From a virus (taxonomy: Duplodnaviria > Caudoviricetes): 64,000 bases of DNA. The DNA lies in the IMG/VR virus record IMGVR_UViG_3300046167_000798. The stretch is one strand, 5' to 3'. Position 1 is the first letter of the stretch, and every line of letters starts with the position of its first letter. The notes beneath the pieces are model-generated. The model did not search any database, was not told where the DNA came from, and worked only from the letters and a program-made list of their open reading frames with translations. This document shows, one piece after another, positions 1 to 9,992 of this stretch. A program made the position numbers and the translations under genes.

Positions 1-2
1 CT

Positions 3-83
3 TCATATGTACCAAATAGGAATTGGGATAATGGATTCAAGACAGAACTCAATGCGTTCAAGACTACTATCAATAAAAAATAG
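3..83 (+). CDS. 3' end of a plus-strand gene entering from the left (…SYVPNRNWDNGFKTELNAFKTTINKK*)
   Basis: Open frame from window edge to TAG at 81-83, converging on the minus-strand block; hand-translated. Confidence 0.4.
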   Translation, partial: SYVPNRNWDNGFKTELNAFKTTINKK

Positions 84-159
84 GTGAAAAATTTTTTCTT
101 GCGACTCTTCGAACCCCCCACGACAAAAGAACAAAAGGGATTAGTTGAGTTATAAGGGA

Positions 160-312
160 TTAATTATCGTAATCATCATCATTGTAAGGAGTTTCTTTGG
201 GAGTTGATATAAAGTCATCTATTCCATCTTCAAGGAGTTCATCGGTATCCTCATCATCGGATTCATTCCATTCATCGTTGAAATACATCCATGTCCATTC
301 TTTTGGTATCAT
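160..312 (-). CDS. small acidic hypothetical protein (50 aa)
   Basis: Hand-translated MIPKEWTWMYFNDEWNESDDEDTDELLEDG…; below ORF-track cutoff. Confidence 0.5.
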   Translation of the reverse strand: MIPKEWTWMYFNDEWNESDDEDTDELLEDGIDDFISTPKETPYNDDDYDN

Positions 313-338
313 ATCCTATTGCGTTAGTTCCCTATCGT

Positions 339-1163
339 TCAAAGGGGGTTCGATTCGTTTAATTTATTTACTATTGATTTGTATATTGAGTTATTACATT
401 CTAATGAGGGGTGTAAATCATTTGGGGGGTTTGTTCCAAATATAGGGTCTGTTGCAATACAAGTTTCTAAGTAATCCTTCATTAAGGGAGTTATTGATAG
501 AGATGTAGTTTCTTTATGTGTTATATGGATTGTTCTATCCATTATATAGGGGATATTCTTATAAACATCTGTTGCGTGTATAAAATAAACATTAATACCC
601 AAGTTTTCAAATGTTTTTGATGTTTCGATAATTTGGTCTGAAACTAGTTTTATTAATAAAGGATTATCCCATAACATATCATATTTGTAATATTCCAAAC
701 ATTCATCTTTTGAATCAAAATGAGTCTTTCCATCCTTTTTTACCATGTCTCTCCAAACACCCGCCAAGTTTCTATCTATATAAGATGTTTGAAATATAAG
801 AGTATGATAAGATTCTAAAAAAGGGTTTCCTTTTATATTGTAGAAATCTGTGGTGATTGTATATCCTTCTAAAACATCTGGATTATTATGAAATCCTAAA
901 ACTTCTTGTAACCATTCCAAACTTTGTAAATCACAACCAGAGACACCACCATATTGTTTAGAGAACGTATTGTAATGCTTTGTTACTTTAGTTGAAAATC
1001 TATTTTTTCTTCTAAAATCTTGATAAATCTGTCTGTGGGGAAACGATTCCTGTGATTCATAACATCCCTTTGATAATGGATAATCTGCGTGATAATATCC
1101 TAATCCATATCCATATGTAAATGAACATCCTGTGAATAGGAAACCTCCTTCGTTATAATTCAT
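339..1163 (-). CDS. SGNH/GDSL-hydrolase-like protein
   Basis: N-terminal FLFTGCSFTYG (GDS-like block I), C-terminal NDLHPS (block V His). Confidence 0.6.
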   Translation of the reverse strand: MNYNEGGFLFTGCSFTYGYGLGYYHADYPLSKGCYESQESFPHRQIYQDFRRKNRFSTKVTKHYNTFSKQYGGVSGCDLQSLEWLQEVLGFHNNPDVLEGYTITTDFYNIKGNPFLESYHTLIFQTSYIDRNLAGVWRDMVKKDGKTHFDSKDECLEYYKYDMLWDNPLLIKLVSDQIIETSKTFENLGINVYFIHATDVYKNIPYIMDRTIHITHKETTSLSITPLMKDYLETCIATDPIFGTNPPNDLHPSLECNNSIYKSIVNKLNESNPL

Positions 1164-1168
1164 TGAAT

Positions 1169-1300
1169 CTAAGAACCTCTACCAACCTTACGAATACCTT
1201 TATTTCCACCTTTACCTTTACTATTGGTGTTTTTACCTAGTTTAGTATTCTTTGATTGTGTTTTGTTATCGTGTCTATTACCGAAAAATTTACTTCCCAT
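1169..1300 (-). CDS. small basic K/G/N-rich peptide (43 aa)
   Basis: Hand-translated MGSKFFGNRHDNKTQSKNTKLGKNTNSKGKGGNKGIRKVGRGS*; fills gap, overlaps upstream stop. Confidence 0.55.
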   Translation of the reverse strand: MGSKFFGNRHDNKTQSKNTKLGKNTNSKGKGGNKGIRKVGRGS

Positions 1301-1697
1301 TTGATTTCGCCTTATCTAGTTTCTCTTGTAACTTAATCATTAACTCTTTGTTACCTCCACCTATTTTTAATGATTCCTTAAAAAGTGTGTTTTCTAAGTT
1401 TTTGATTACTTCTAATCGTTTCTTTTTACTCATATTATCAATGTTTGTATCTATTTTAAAATAAATTGCATCTATTACCTCTTTGATAATGATACAATCT
1501 TCGTATCTTTCAATTTCTTCTAAATGGTCTAGTAATTTATATAAGTCTTGAAGAGGGATTAGATTTACTATTGTTTGTCTTCTAATCGTACCCTTTTTGA
1601 AACAATCCAACATCCAATCAAGAGATTTAACTCTCATTTCAAATATCTCTTTCTTAGATATCAATTGGTTTCTATGAAAAAATTCTTCAGGACCCAT
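1290..1697 (-). CDS. hypothetical protein with UVR-like motif
   Basis: EEIERYEDCIIIKEVID resembles UvrB/C coiled motif E-x-YE-x-[AC]. Confidence 0.6.
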   Translation of the reverse strand: MGPEEFFHRNQLISKKEIFEMRVKSLDWMLDCFKKGTIRRQTIVNLIPLQDLYKLLDHLEEIERYEDCIIIKEVIDAIYFKIDTNIDNMSKKKRLEVIKNLENTLFKESLKIGGGNKELMIKLQEKLDKAKSNGK

Positions 1698-1698
1698 T

Positions 1699-2022
1699 TT
1701 AAATATTTATCTTTTTTACCTTTTCTTGTAATAACTTTATTTCTGAACACATTTCGTATTTCTCTTCATACAACGCCCATTCCATTAGTTTTTCAAGAGT
1801 ATCTTCAATACCATTCCATTCTACAAAGAAATCAAATGCTTTCTTTTCTTTCCTAATACTACATTCAACTCTTGCGAATTGTAATCTATCTAAATCTTCA
1901 TCATATACTCTTTTACAACATTCAAACATTGCGGGCATAAGTGTTATTTTACCGATACCCTGTGTCCATTCTTGGATATCATCCTCACCAATGTAAATAT
2001 GTAATACCGTATCTTCTGTCAT
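1699..2022 (-). CDS. hypothetical protein with C-terminal UVR-like motif
   Basis: YEEKYEMCSEIKLLQE. Confidence 0.6.
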   Translation of the reverse strand: MTEDTVLHIYIGEDDIQEWTQGIGKITLMPAMFECCKRVYDEDLDRLQFARVECSIRKEKKAFDFFVEWNGIEDTLEKLMEWALYEEKYEMCSEIKLLQEKVKKINI

Positions 2023-2292
2023 TTACATTTTTACCTTTATCTGTACGGAACACAAACCATCGTGTTTTGAAGGTTCTTGTTTAATTTCTAATATAGTCCA
2101 TTGTGTTTTCATGTATCGGATTTTTCCTCCAACATTTAAACAAGGTCCTCCTTCAAAATCAAACATAGTTTCATTACCATCTTCATCTTGTGAACCTCTT
2201 GAAAATTCAGATTCGCCCATAATTCTTAGTTTATCAGGACCTATCTTTTCAATCACTCTATCATTACCATAACGGTTTTTGATAATTTCCAT
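2023..2292 (-). CDS. hypothetical protein
   Basis: 89-aa ORF abutting neighbours. Confidence 0.6.
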   Translation of the reverse strand: MEIIKNRYGNDRVIEKIGPDKLRIMGESEFSRGSQDEDGNETMFDFEGGPCLNVGGKIRYMKTQWTILEIKQEPSKHDGLCSVQIKVKM

Positions 2293-2491
2293 CTTCTTCT
2301 TTCTTTTAATTAATATTTATTTTCAGTTTTGTTCTTTAATATTTTTTTGATAAACCATTCATTTTGTTTACCATATAGTTTGAAATACAATTCTATATAT
2401 CTCTCAACTGCGGGTAATTGAAGGGGAGAATCCATTGATTTTATAACCTTTACTACCTTTCTAAGAGTTGTATCTCTCATAATATAAATAT

Positions 2492-2977
2492 TTATCTCAA
2501 ACCTTTTGTTGTTTTTCTTCCTAATGTAATTGCAATTTCTGATGGGGTTTGACCCATCTTACATTGTTTCTTATACCACCAATACATATCTTCAGTAGTA
2601 CCTTTTCCTCTTTGTTTCTGTAAACACTTATCCCACAAATCTTTACCAAATTCTAATTTTAATTCAGTTCTCAATTCGTGTAATCTACTTTGTTCCTCTT
2701 CTATACCCTTTTCCATCAACTTTTGAGATTTGATTCTCTTCATCTTCGCGTATTCATGTGCCTCTACTCTTCTATCATTGATATCGTTAATGTGTGATTT
2801 TTCCATATATTGTTGGAACATATCATCATAGAGTTTCTCATTATCCTTTGCTTCTAAAAAGAAAGGTGAATATTCAAAATCACCATTTTGTATTTTTAAC
2901 AAAAGTGGTGTTGATTTTTTAAGTGGTTTGGTTCGGTACTTACCTTGTGTGTACCATCTGAATGGATTATATCCCAT
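2492..2977 (-). CDS. hypothetical protein
   Basis: 161-aa ORF directly downstream of the promoter at 2999-3032. Confidence 0.7.
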   Translation of the reverse strand: MGYNPFRWYTQGKYRTKPLKKSTPLLLKIQNGDFEYSPFFLEAKDNEKLYDDMFQQYMEKSHINDINDRRVEAHEYAKMKRIKSQKLMEKGIEEEQSRLHELRTELKLEFGKDLWDKCLQKQRGKGTTEDMYWWYKKQCKMGQTPSEIAITLGRKTTKGLR

Positions 2978-2998
2978 AGTTTTATGTTTTAATATTTA

Positions 2999-3032
2999 TG
3001 TAAATATACGAAAAATATTTGAATTGACCAAA
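2999..3032 (-). promoter_or_regulatory. Bacteroidota sigma70-type (early) promoter
   Basis: Sense strand TTTGG…TTTTTCGTATATTTACA; matches -33 TTTG / -7 TAnnTTTG with terminal variant; motif recurs about 12 times. Confidence 0.7.
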
Positions 3033-3038
3033 TTTATT

Positions 3039-3734
3039 TTAAAATAATTTATTCGAGGGAACTATTGTATCCAAATTTATTTTTAATTGTTTTGCAAAAA
3101 TAGATATTGCTCCACCTTCACCGTAACCACAACCATTTTCTGACCATTTATTACATTCGTGTCCTTTTAATTCATAACCTGAATATCCTTCCCATTTTCT
3201 ACCTTTTGACCAGGTTTCTTCCCAAATAGATTGAACTTTAAAAATACTATCTTTTAGTTGATTAAATTTACTAGGTATATATGGTACTGATGTTATACGT
3301 TCATGTATATAATTACATACAACATTTTTAAATCCTAATTGTTTATATACTTCTATTAGAGCAATATAAGATGGATTCTTTTTTAGATTTTTCAATGGAA
3401 TATCTTCATATTGAAATATTTTATGTGAATATATTGTTTCGCTATCGAATTTTTTATGAGTTCCATTTAACATTGATTGAACTTGTTCCATATGAACCGA
3501 ATCACAATCAAAATATGTAACCCTCTCTTTATAGTTATCTATTATATTAAATAATAAAATCAATTTTTCAAAATAACTAAAATCTTTTCTTTTATATTCA
3601 ATTATATTACAATTTGGAAAGTATTCAGGAAAATCTGTGTAAACGTACATCTTATGATTTTTTGATATCGAATCAATATCATTGGAATATTTTTTACACC
3701 ATTCTTCACCAACACTTAAAGTACAGAAAATCAT
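3039..3734 (-). CDS. GT-A-like nucleotide-diphospho-sugar transferase-like protein
   Basis: YFDCDS DxD-like motif, YTD motif; likely start MIFCTLS at 3734 (ATGA overlap). Confidence 0.5.
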   Translation of the reverse strand: MIFCTLSVGEEWCKKYSNDIDSISKNHKMYVYTDFPEYFPNCNIIEYKRKDFSYFEKLILLFNIIDNYKERVTYFDCDSVHMEQVQSMLNGTHKKFDSETIYSHKIFQYEDIPLKNLKKNPSYIALIEVYKQLGFKNVVCNYIHERITSVPYIPSKFNQLKDSIFKVQSIWEETWSKGRKWEGYSGYELKGHECNKWSENGCGYGEGGAISIFAKQLKINLDTIVPSNKLF

Positions 3735-4315
3735 ATTAAATTTCTTTTTGTAACAATCCAACTATTATCTTCAAATTTATGTGTAGGAATTCCAACTACT
3801 TCATCTACCGCACTACAAACACCTGGCCATGATTCATGATAATCATGTCCACCTATTACACCACCTTTTTTTAATTTAGGTAAGTATAATTCTAAATCTT
3901 TTTTTACTGATTCATATTCATGGTCAGCATCTATGTAAATAAAATCAATACTATTATCTTCAAATTTACTTACTACGTTATAACTAAAATCTTTATGATG
4001 AATTATATTATCAAAGTATCTTGTATTTAATTTAAATTCCCTTTCAACATCAACCCAACCAAATCCATTTTTTTCATTGAAAGATTCAGTTCCTTTATGT
4101 GGTTCTATTGAGTGTATTGTTTTAAATAATCCTATTGATGCAAACATCATTGTAGATTCTCCCATATAAGAACCAATTTCAATCATAGTTTTTGATGATT
4201 TAGTTGAAAATATAGTTGTAAGTTTTCTTAATAAATCGGATATACCTTTGTATTGATTATTGTGATTATAGTTATTTTCCCAATCACCTGACATATTAAA
4301 TCTCTGAGTTATCAT
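3731..4315 (-). CDS. class I SAM-dependent methyltransferase (Methyltransf_24-like)
   Basis: IEIGSYMGEST, DFIYIDADHEYESVKKDL, GGHDY. Confidence 0.85.
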   Translation of the reverse strand: MITQRFNMSGDWENNYNHNNQYKGISDLLRKLTTIFSTKSSKTMIEIGSYMGESTMMFASIGLFKTIHSIEPHKGTESFNEKNGFGWVDVEREFKLNTRYFDNIIHHKDFSYNVVSKFEDNSIDFIYIDADHEYESVKKDLELYLPKLKKGGVIGGHDYHESWPGVCSAVDEVVGIPTHKFEDNSWIVTKRNLI

Positions 4316-5031
4316 ATTGTAGATTTTGGTGTAACTAAAGTTCTATCATATTGAACATGGTCAATATCTTTTACATCTGTATTTTCAGATGAAATATATT
4401 CCCACGCAAGAGAATATCTATTACTATCAGTTGTGTTAGTATAACACCCATGAGCTATATTAATATTAAAAAATACTGCGTACGGACCTTTTTGAATTAA
4501 ATCTATAATTTCATACTGATTTATAATATTATCAGGTATCCATTTGATTCCATCATATAAACTTGAAGATGTATGTGGAAGAAGTTCTGGTAAATTATGT
4601 GTACCTTTTGCAATTCGTAAACAACCATTTTCTTTATTAGTATCTGTAAGATACACCGCACAACTCACTATATCATTTGGAGAACCTCTAAAGTAGTTAT
4701 TATCCTGATGCCATAGTGTTGAAGAACCATTTTTCTCTTGTGGGAAAAACTTACTTATATAACAATCTACACTAGAACCTATATTGGATATGGATTGAGC
4801 AATTTCAATCAATCTTTTATTTTTAGCTAATTTTAAAAATTGAGGTTCAAAGGTAACTGCACCTTGAAGTTTGTTTATCGTTCCATTTAAATTAAATTGC
4901 CATCTACTATCTTTTGTAGTATTGTTTGTTAATTCATCTGAAACCTTTAGTAAACTTTCATGTTCCTCGTTTGAAAGAAATTCTGAACCTGGTACGATTA
5001 TGTACCCATTATTTTTATAAAATTCTTTCAT
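4312..5031 (-). CDS. phytanoyl-CoA dioxygenase (PhyH) family 2OG-Fe(II) oxygenase
   Basis: WHQD HxD motif, ENGCLRI, distal HG, RYSL. Confidence 0.85.
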   Translation of the reverse strand: MKEFYKNNGYIIVPGSEFLSNEEHESLLKVSDELTNNTTKDSRWQFNLNGTINKLQGAVTFEPQFLKLAKNKRLIEIAQSISNIGSSVDCYISKFFPQEKNGSSTLWHQDNNYFRGSPNDIVSCAVYLTDTNKENGCLRIAKGTHNLPELLPHTSSSLYDGIKWIPDNIINQYEIIDLIQKGPYAVFFNINIAHGCYTNTTDSNRYSLAWEYISSENTDVKDIDHVQYDRTLVTPKSTI

Positions 5032-6014
5032 ATTAATGTATCTTTCCTAAACAAACCTTGCCAAGAACCTTTTAAGGGTTTTGTTCTATTAGGGTCTGGT
5101 TCAAAAGAATTAGATTTACTAATCTCTTTTCTAATTTGTATTTTCCTATCATTCAGTTTCAATTCTGAAACATCTAATTTTTCTGTGTTAGTAAGATAAC
5201 CCCATTCTATCATAAGATTATATGTTTTCATTGATATCATTTCTGACCAAGCTAATCCACCATGTCCATCATCCCAAACACCACTTGTTTCAGATTTAAA
5301 TCCATATCCATTTTGTTGAATACTATATTGATGACACATATCATTTTTATCAGTAATAAGTTTATCTTTATAAAGTTTATCATACCAAATTGGATTGAAG
5401 CAAAATGCATTAGGTAATGGTACTAACCAATTTAACTCAAATAGTTCCATAAAGGATGAAAATGTAACTTGATTTTGCTCTATCCTTCGAATAACATCAT
5501 TTTCAGAAAATGTGGTTTTCATATACTCACTCATTATAGGAGATATGCGTTTTAAATAATTTTTATCATCTTCTGAAGGTGTTCTTTGATAATCAAATAC
5601 TGGACCTCCATTCCCATATTCACCTCTATCCAAAAATGTAGAGTCTTTTACATTATAGTTTATTAAAAAATGTTTTTGTTTCTCTACTGACCAAAACTCC
5701 GCTCTTGAAGCTTCTGAAAATTCTATTAGAAATAAATGTTCTTTTGGTTTAAAGTTAGGTTGATTTACTATTTCCATTACTTTACGATAAACTCTCTGAT
5801 TACCCCAACCACATTTTGCATGATTTGAAACTTTTATATCCTTGGGTAACAGTTTTTTCAATTGACCTGGCCAACTAAATGGAAATGTTGTTTCTTCTTT
5901 TGGATATTCATCTATATAAGGTCTGTATGTCTCTTTTACTACCTCATACTTCCACCATTCAAATCCAGCTCCTTCTGTAAAAGATGTACCAAAACAATGT
6001 ATTTCTTTAATCAT
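5028..6014 (-). CDS. SGNH-hydrolase-like protein
   Basis: CFGTSFTEG block I, SWP, N.AKCGWGN block II, DDGH block V. Confidence 0.6.
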   Translation of the reverse strand: MIKEIHCFGTSFTEGAGFEWWKYEVVKETYRPYIDEYPKEETTFPFSWPGQLKKLLPKDIKVSNHAKCGWGNQRVYRKVMEIVNQPNFKPKEHLFLIEFSEASRAEFWSVEKQKHFLINYNVKDSTFLDRGEYGNGGPVFDYQRTPSEDDKNYLKRISPIMSEYMKTTFSENDVIRRIEQNQVTFSSFMELFELNWLVPLPNAFCFNPIWYDKLYKDKLITDKNDMCHQYSIQQNGYGFKSETSGVWDDGHGGLAWSEMISMKTYNLMIEWGYLTNTEKLDVSELKLNDRKIQIRKEISKSNSFEPDPNRTKPLKGSWQGLFRKDTLI

Positions 6015-6637
6015 ATCAAATTATCCCTTAATGGAGGATGATTTTCATCAATCCATGAGTATTCTTTATTTCCTTCACTATTTTCTTTTCGTAATCTATG
6101 TGATGGATTTAAATACTTATCCCATATATTATCAAATTGTTCATCACTTATATCCAATCCCAAAGATTGTATAGTTTTCTTAGATAAATTATATTCATTA
6201 AAAATATCATCATACCATATTAAATTACAAGGTATGGTTCTATAAAAGTTAAATAATATTGAGTAAGAATGAACAACATTTTGCATTACATTTGGTGATG
6301 GTTTTTGAGTTGGAGTATATTCATTTATATATCCAAATTCTCTTGCATTTTCTAAACTTATAAGAGTATCTCTAATATTATCTCTTGCAAGTAATAAAAC
6401 TTTATCATATCTATGTACATTTTCTGTAACCCAAATATCATTCTGTCCACAAATAGTTTTTAGTATTGTATTATCTAATACAGTACCATCAAAATTTAAT
6501 TTTCTATCTTTGTATTCACCATTCCATAAATGTTTGTTAAACGGTTCTATTACCTTTTCAAGATTCAAAACATCAGATATAGCTTGTTGAAGTGATGAAC
6601 TTCCTGTCCTTCCATGTGTTAACAACAATATTTTCAT
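6011..6637 (-). CDS. sulfotransferase-like protein (Stf0-like P-loop)
   Basis: THGRTGSSSL 5'-PAPS-binding loop, EPFN, LARDN…S 3'-binding motif. Confidence 0.65.
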   Translation of the reverse strand: MKILLLTHGRTGSSSLQQAISDVLNLEKVIEPFNKHLWNGEYKDRKLNFDGTVLDNTILKTICGQNDIWVTENVHRYDKVLLLARDNIRDTLISLENAREFGYINEYTPTQKPSPNVMQNVVHSYSILFNFYRTIPCNLIWYDDIFNEYNLSKKTIQSLGLDISDEQFDNIWDKYLNPSHRLRKENSEGNKEYSWIDENHPPLRDNLI

Positions 6638-7482
6638 AATTTCATCAGTTTATTATAAATAACAGTCTCAGAGTCTATTAAATCTATTTTACTTGATTTA
6701 ACCAATTTTTCTATGATGGGTTTGGTGGATTTGTTAGATGGGCCTCTCTTTCCCATGTTTGTATGAAATATATTTGAAATATTTTCTTTATCAATATCTA
6801 CAATCCTAACATTTTTTATATTCTTAGGGTTTATTATATAATCATAGGTTTTTAAGTAAGGAGCATAATGAGTATTATCCCAATTTGAACTAGATTCAGT
6901 TTTTATAAATTTTATTGCCATTTTCGTTAACACATCAACTGCATTAGTTGGAATGATTCTCATTTTAAATACACTATTTACTGGCCAGGTTCCGATATTT
7001 TTTAATACATTAAAACTTTTCTCATTTATCCACATATTTTTATTTGATGTTATATAATCATAATAATCTATGGTATTTTTATCGAATTCATCATCTAGTA
7101 TTGAATTGTAATTTCTTTTTTTAAGTTTTTGCATCATACATACTTTAACATAATTTTCAAAGAAATGATTTATTGAAGCAACGTGTCTTTTTAAAGGATG
7201 TCTACATAGAAATATAAGTTTTTTTCTACATTTTCCATGATATATATTATTTAGTGTTTTATCTATTCTTGCATTAGCATGTTGTGCTACTTCTGAATGT
7301 TTAAAGTAAAGTTCAGAATCTAAAGGGTCTTCGTTATAGTAAAGTTCTTTTACTTTACTCAAATCATCATCATAAAAAAGAGAATCAAGATATCTTGATG
7401 CAACTTTTAATGCAGTAAATACTATGGTATCATCATTTTCATAATAACGTATTCCTGTTGGTCTTATGGTTTGAAGCATCAC
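6634..7482 (-). CDS. sulfotransferase family 2-like protein
   Basis: LKVASR (cf. PKxAST) and CRHPLKRHVAS (cf. RxPxxRxxS), HYAP. Confidence 0.55.
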   Translation of the reverse strand: MMLQTIRPTGIRYYENDDTIVFTALKVASRYLDSLFYDDDLSKVKELYYNEDPLDSELYFKHSEVAQHANARIDKTLNNIYHGKCRKKLIFLCRHPLKRHVASINHFFENYVKVCMMQKLKKRNYNSILDDEFDKNTIDYYDYITSNKNMWINEKSFNVLKNIGTWPVNSVFKMRIIPTNAVDVLTKMAIKFIKTESSSNWDNTHYAPYLKTYDYIINPKNIKNVRIVDIDKENISNIFHTNMGKRGPSNKSTKPIIEKLVKSSKIDLIDSETVIYNKLMKL

Positions 7483-8045
7483 ACAGTTAGTTTATCTATT
7501 AATACTTCTTTGAAATTATCAAATCCTATTGCTGCATTTCGTTCCCAATTTTCTATATCTCCATCATCTGATATCCATTTAAAAGATTTAAAATTAATAC
7601 CTCTTTGTTTGCAAACATATGCAAGTGAATAACATTCCATATCAACAATATCACACGATTTAATCATCTCTAAATATTTGTTTGCATAATCTGTACGAGA
7701 ATTATCGTATATTTGGTCTGTTGTGAAACATTTCACTCCACTATTGGATAGTTTTATTTCACAGTAATTTGTTTCTGGTGTACATCCATATGGTGCAAAT
7801 GGTCTTACATCTATATTATTGTATGTAGTTCCAACTTCAATAATTTCACCAACTTTAAAATCTTTGAGATTACCACAACTACCAAAGTTAATGACAGTAT
7901 CTGGTTCTTCGTTCCATAAGATTTCTGTAAGATTTGATGCAGCATTAGTTTTACCAATCCCTACTTGGAAGATTGGTAAACCATTTATTTGTTTCAACCC
8001 ACCATGTTCTAATGGAGTTGCTGATACTAGTATTATTTTACTCAT
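7479..8045 (-). CDS. 5'-methylthioadenosine/S-adenosylhomocysteine nucleosidase (PNP_UDP_1)
   Basis: GIGKTNAA, INFGSCG, VDMECYSLA, FKWISD. Confidence 0.85.
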   Translation of the reverse strand: MSKIILVSATPLEHGGLKQINGLPIFQVGIGKTNAASNLTEILWNEEPDTVINFGSCGNLKDFKVGEIIEVGTTYNNIDVRPFAPYGCTPETNYCEIKLSNSGVKCFTTDQIYDNSRTDYANKYLEMIKSCDIVDMECYSLAYVCKQRGINFKSFKWISDDGDIENWERNAAIGFDNFKEVLIDKLTV

Positions 8046-8235
8046 TAATAACCTCTACTAATTTTTCTTCACATCCTTTCCAATTTTCCAAAAGTTTCTC
8101 AGATGCTTTTTTGTAATAATCTCTTTCTTTTTTTACTTCGTGATACTTTTGTTCCCACGAGTTTTCTTTTTGAGTAGTACTAATAGTAAATCCCATCAAT
8201 ACCATAATTATTAAAAATAATAGAATTTGTTTCAT
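8038..8235 (-). CDS. small membrane-anchored coiled-coil protein
   Basis: Hydrophobic N-terminus, charged helix. Confidence 0.55.
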   Translation of the reverse strand: MKQILLFLIIMVLMGFTISTTQKENSWEQKYHEVKKERDYYKKASEKLLENWKGCEEKLVEVINE

Positions 8236-8483
8236 AATATAGATTTTATTAACGCAAATAAATATCCAATAAATCCTACTAGATTTAATAAGGATAAGTT
8301 ATATTGCTTTGTTTTCTGTGTCTGAATGGTGATTAAGATTAAACCTATCATCATTCCCATCTTACCATATATTGAATCGATAACAAACGGAGATATCATC
8401 ATCAATAATGTTCCAAAGTAAATTACACCATATTTGTATAAGTTACTTTCTTGCTTTTGTGTGTACTCTTTCCAACGTTTCAT
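8232..8483 (-). CDS. small membrane protein (3 hydrophobic segments)
   Basis: Hydrophobicity pattern. Confidence 0.6.
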   Translation of the reverse strand: MKRWKEYTQKQESNLYKYGVIYFGTLLMMISPFVIDSIYGKMGMMIGLILITIQTQKTKQYNLSLLNLVGFIGYLFALIKSIL

Positions 8484-8484
8484 A

Positions 8485-8982
8485 TTAATAAGTTATCAAA
8501 CATTTAACATCGTGGTCTTTTACAATACCAATATCCATTAAACATAGTTTATCGATAACTTCTAATCCATGACCATTAACTAAACCTTCAGCAGCTTTCA
8601 TAGTACCACCAGTTGCATATACATCATCTACGATTACAACTTTACCCAAATCGAATTGAGGTAGATAAGCCATTTCAAATGAATCTTTACCATATTCCAA
8701 TCCATAATCAACTCTCATCAATCTACTATTTCCTAACTTACCTTTTTTTCTGATTAACCTAACTCCACCACCAAATAACATTGAAAGTGCGGATGCAAAT
8801 AAGAATCCTCGTGATTCTAATCCTATCCAATAATCAGGTTTGGTTTCTAAGAGGTTACCCATATCTTTGATTGCATCCATAAACACAGTATGATTTGCAA
8901 GTAATGGTTGAATATCTCTGTAAGTTATTCCCTTGATAGGAAAGTTATCTATTTTTCCTATGTGTTCTTTATAGTAATTCAT
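8485..8982 (-). CDS. apt: adenine phosphoribosyltransferase
   Basis: NFPIKGITYRDI, GLESRGF, RKKGKL, LEYG, PRPP motif VVIVDDVYATGGT; likely start MNYY at 8982. Confidence 0.92.
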   Translation of the reverse strand: MNYYKEHIGKIDNFPIKGITYRDIQPLLANHTVFMDAIKDMGNLLETKPDYWIGLESRGFLFASALSMLFGGGVRLIRKKGKLGNSRLMRVDYGLEYGKDSFEMAYLPQFDLGKVVIVDDVYATGGTMKAAEGLVNGHGLEVIDKLCLMDIGIVKDHDVKCLITY

Positions 8983-9287
8983 GAATACGATACACAAGTT
9001 AAATATTCTTCTACTTTTTCTGAAAATAACATATCATAAACTTTCTTACCAACTTCACTTGGTTCAATAGTAATATGTTCTGATGCATATCGTGTTGCAC
9101 TCATAATATCATGTTCAGAATATCTTGGTCTTGTTGAATCTAACTCACCATTTACATATTCTACAAATTCTTTTGATTCTAACCATTTTTGGTATTGATA
9201 ATCTTCATCTGCTCTTGAGTATAATTCTTCATTTAACTCTTCTTCATTTAGATTCAAACCATCAAGAAAATTTTTAGTTCTTCCCAT
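8979..9287 (-). CDS. hypothetical acidic protein
   Basis: 102-aa ORF, ATGA overlap with apt. Confidence 0.6.
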   Translation of the reverse strand: MGRTKNFLDGLNLNEEELNEELYSRADEDYQYQKWLESKEFVEYVNGELDSTRPRYSEHDIMSATRYASEHITIEPSEVGKKVYDMLFSEKVEEYLTCVSYS

Positions 9288-9709
9288 CTTTTAAGTTTTT
9301 TAATTGTGTTTCATTTAAGATACCCCTTTTATCTGATTTTTCTTCGGTAGGAATGGAGTATTTTTTTACCAATTCTTCCAACCAATCTTGTTTTGTTTTA
9401 CTCATTTTTAACTATACTTATTGCTTTTTCTACGTTATCTAAAGATGCCTGAATTTCTGAACCATCTGAATAGTTCAAATCCCATGAACCATCTTGTAAC
9501 ATCTCAAAATCTTCTTTGAGTGTTTCTAATATTTTTAATAACTCTTCGTTCATTTTACACCACCATTTTTAATTGTATCAATCATGGTTTTGATTTGACC
9601 ATGCCACTTACCATATGTATCTCTTGAACCTTCATCAGAGTTCTGTTCACATCTTCGTTTCATATCAACCATTGCTGCCTCTAAAACTAATAATAAAACA
9701 TCTTTCATA

Positions 9710-9970
9710 TTATCTTATTATACTAAAAGATTCAACTTCATTACACTTAACACATACATCTGTATCAATTCTACCTCGTACACAAGAATCGTGTTCCCAT
9801 AGGTTTACTAATTTAGGGGATTCACAATCACATTTTCTATCTGTACATTGTTTATTTCTGAATTGTTTTAGATGTGGATGATTCATCCACTCTTCTTTTA
9901 AGAAGGCAATACCTGGTTTCCACCACATTGGTACTCCACTTTTTGCATTCATTATTTCTCTATCACTCAT
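9710..9970 (-). CDS. hypothetical protein, possible Zn-binding
   Basis: CTDRKCDC…CVKC; downstream of promoter 9993-10023. Confidence 0.6.
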   Translation of the reverse strand: MSDREIMNAKSGVPMWWKPGIAFLKEEWMNHPHLKQFRNKQCTDRKCDCESPKLVNLWEHDSCVRGRIDTDVCVKCNEVESFSIIR

Positions 9971-9992
9971 AATTTAACTTTTATATTTACTC

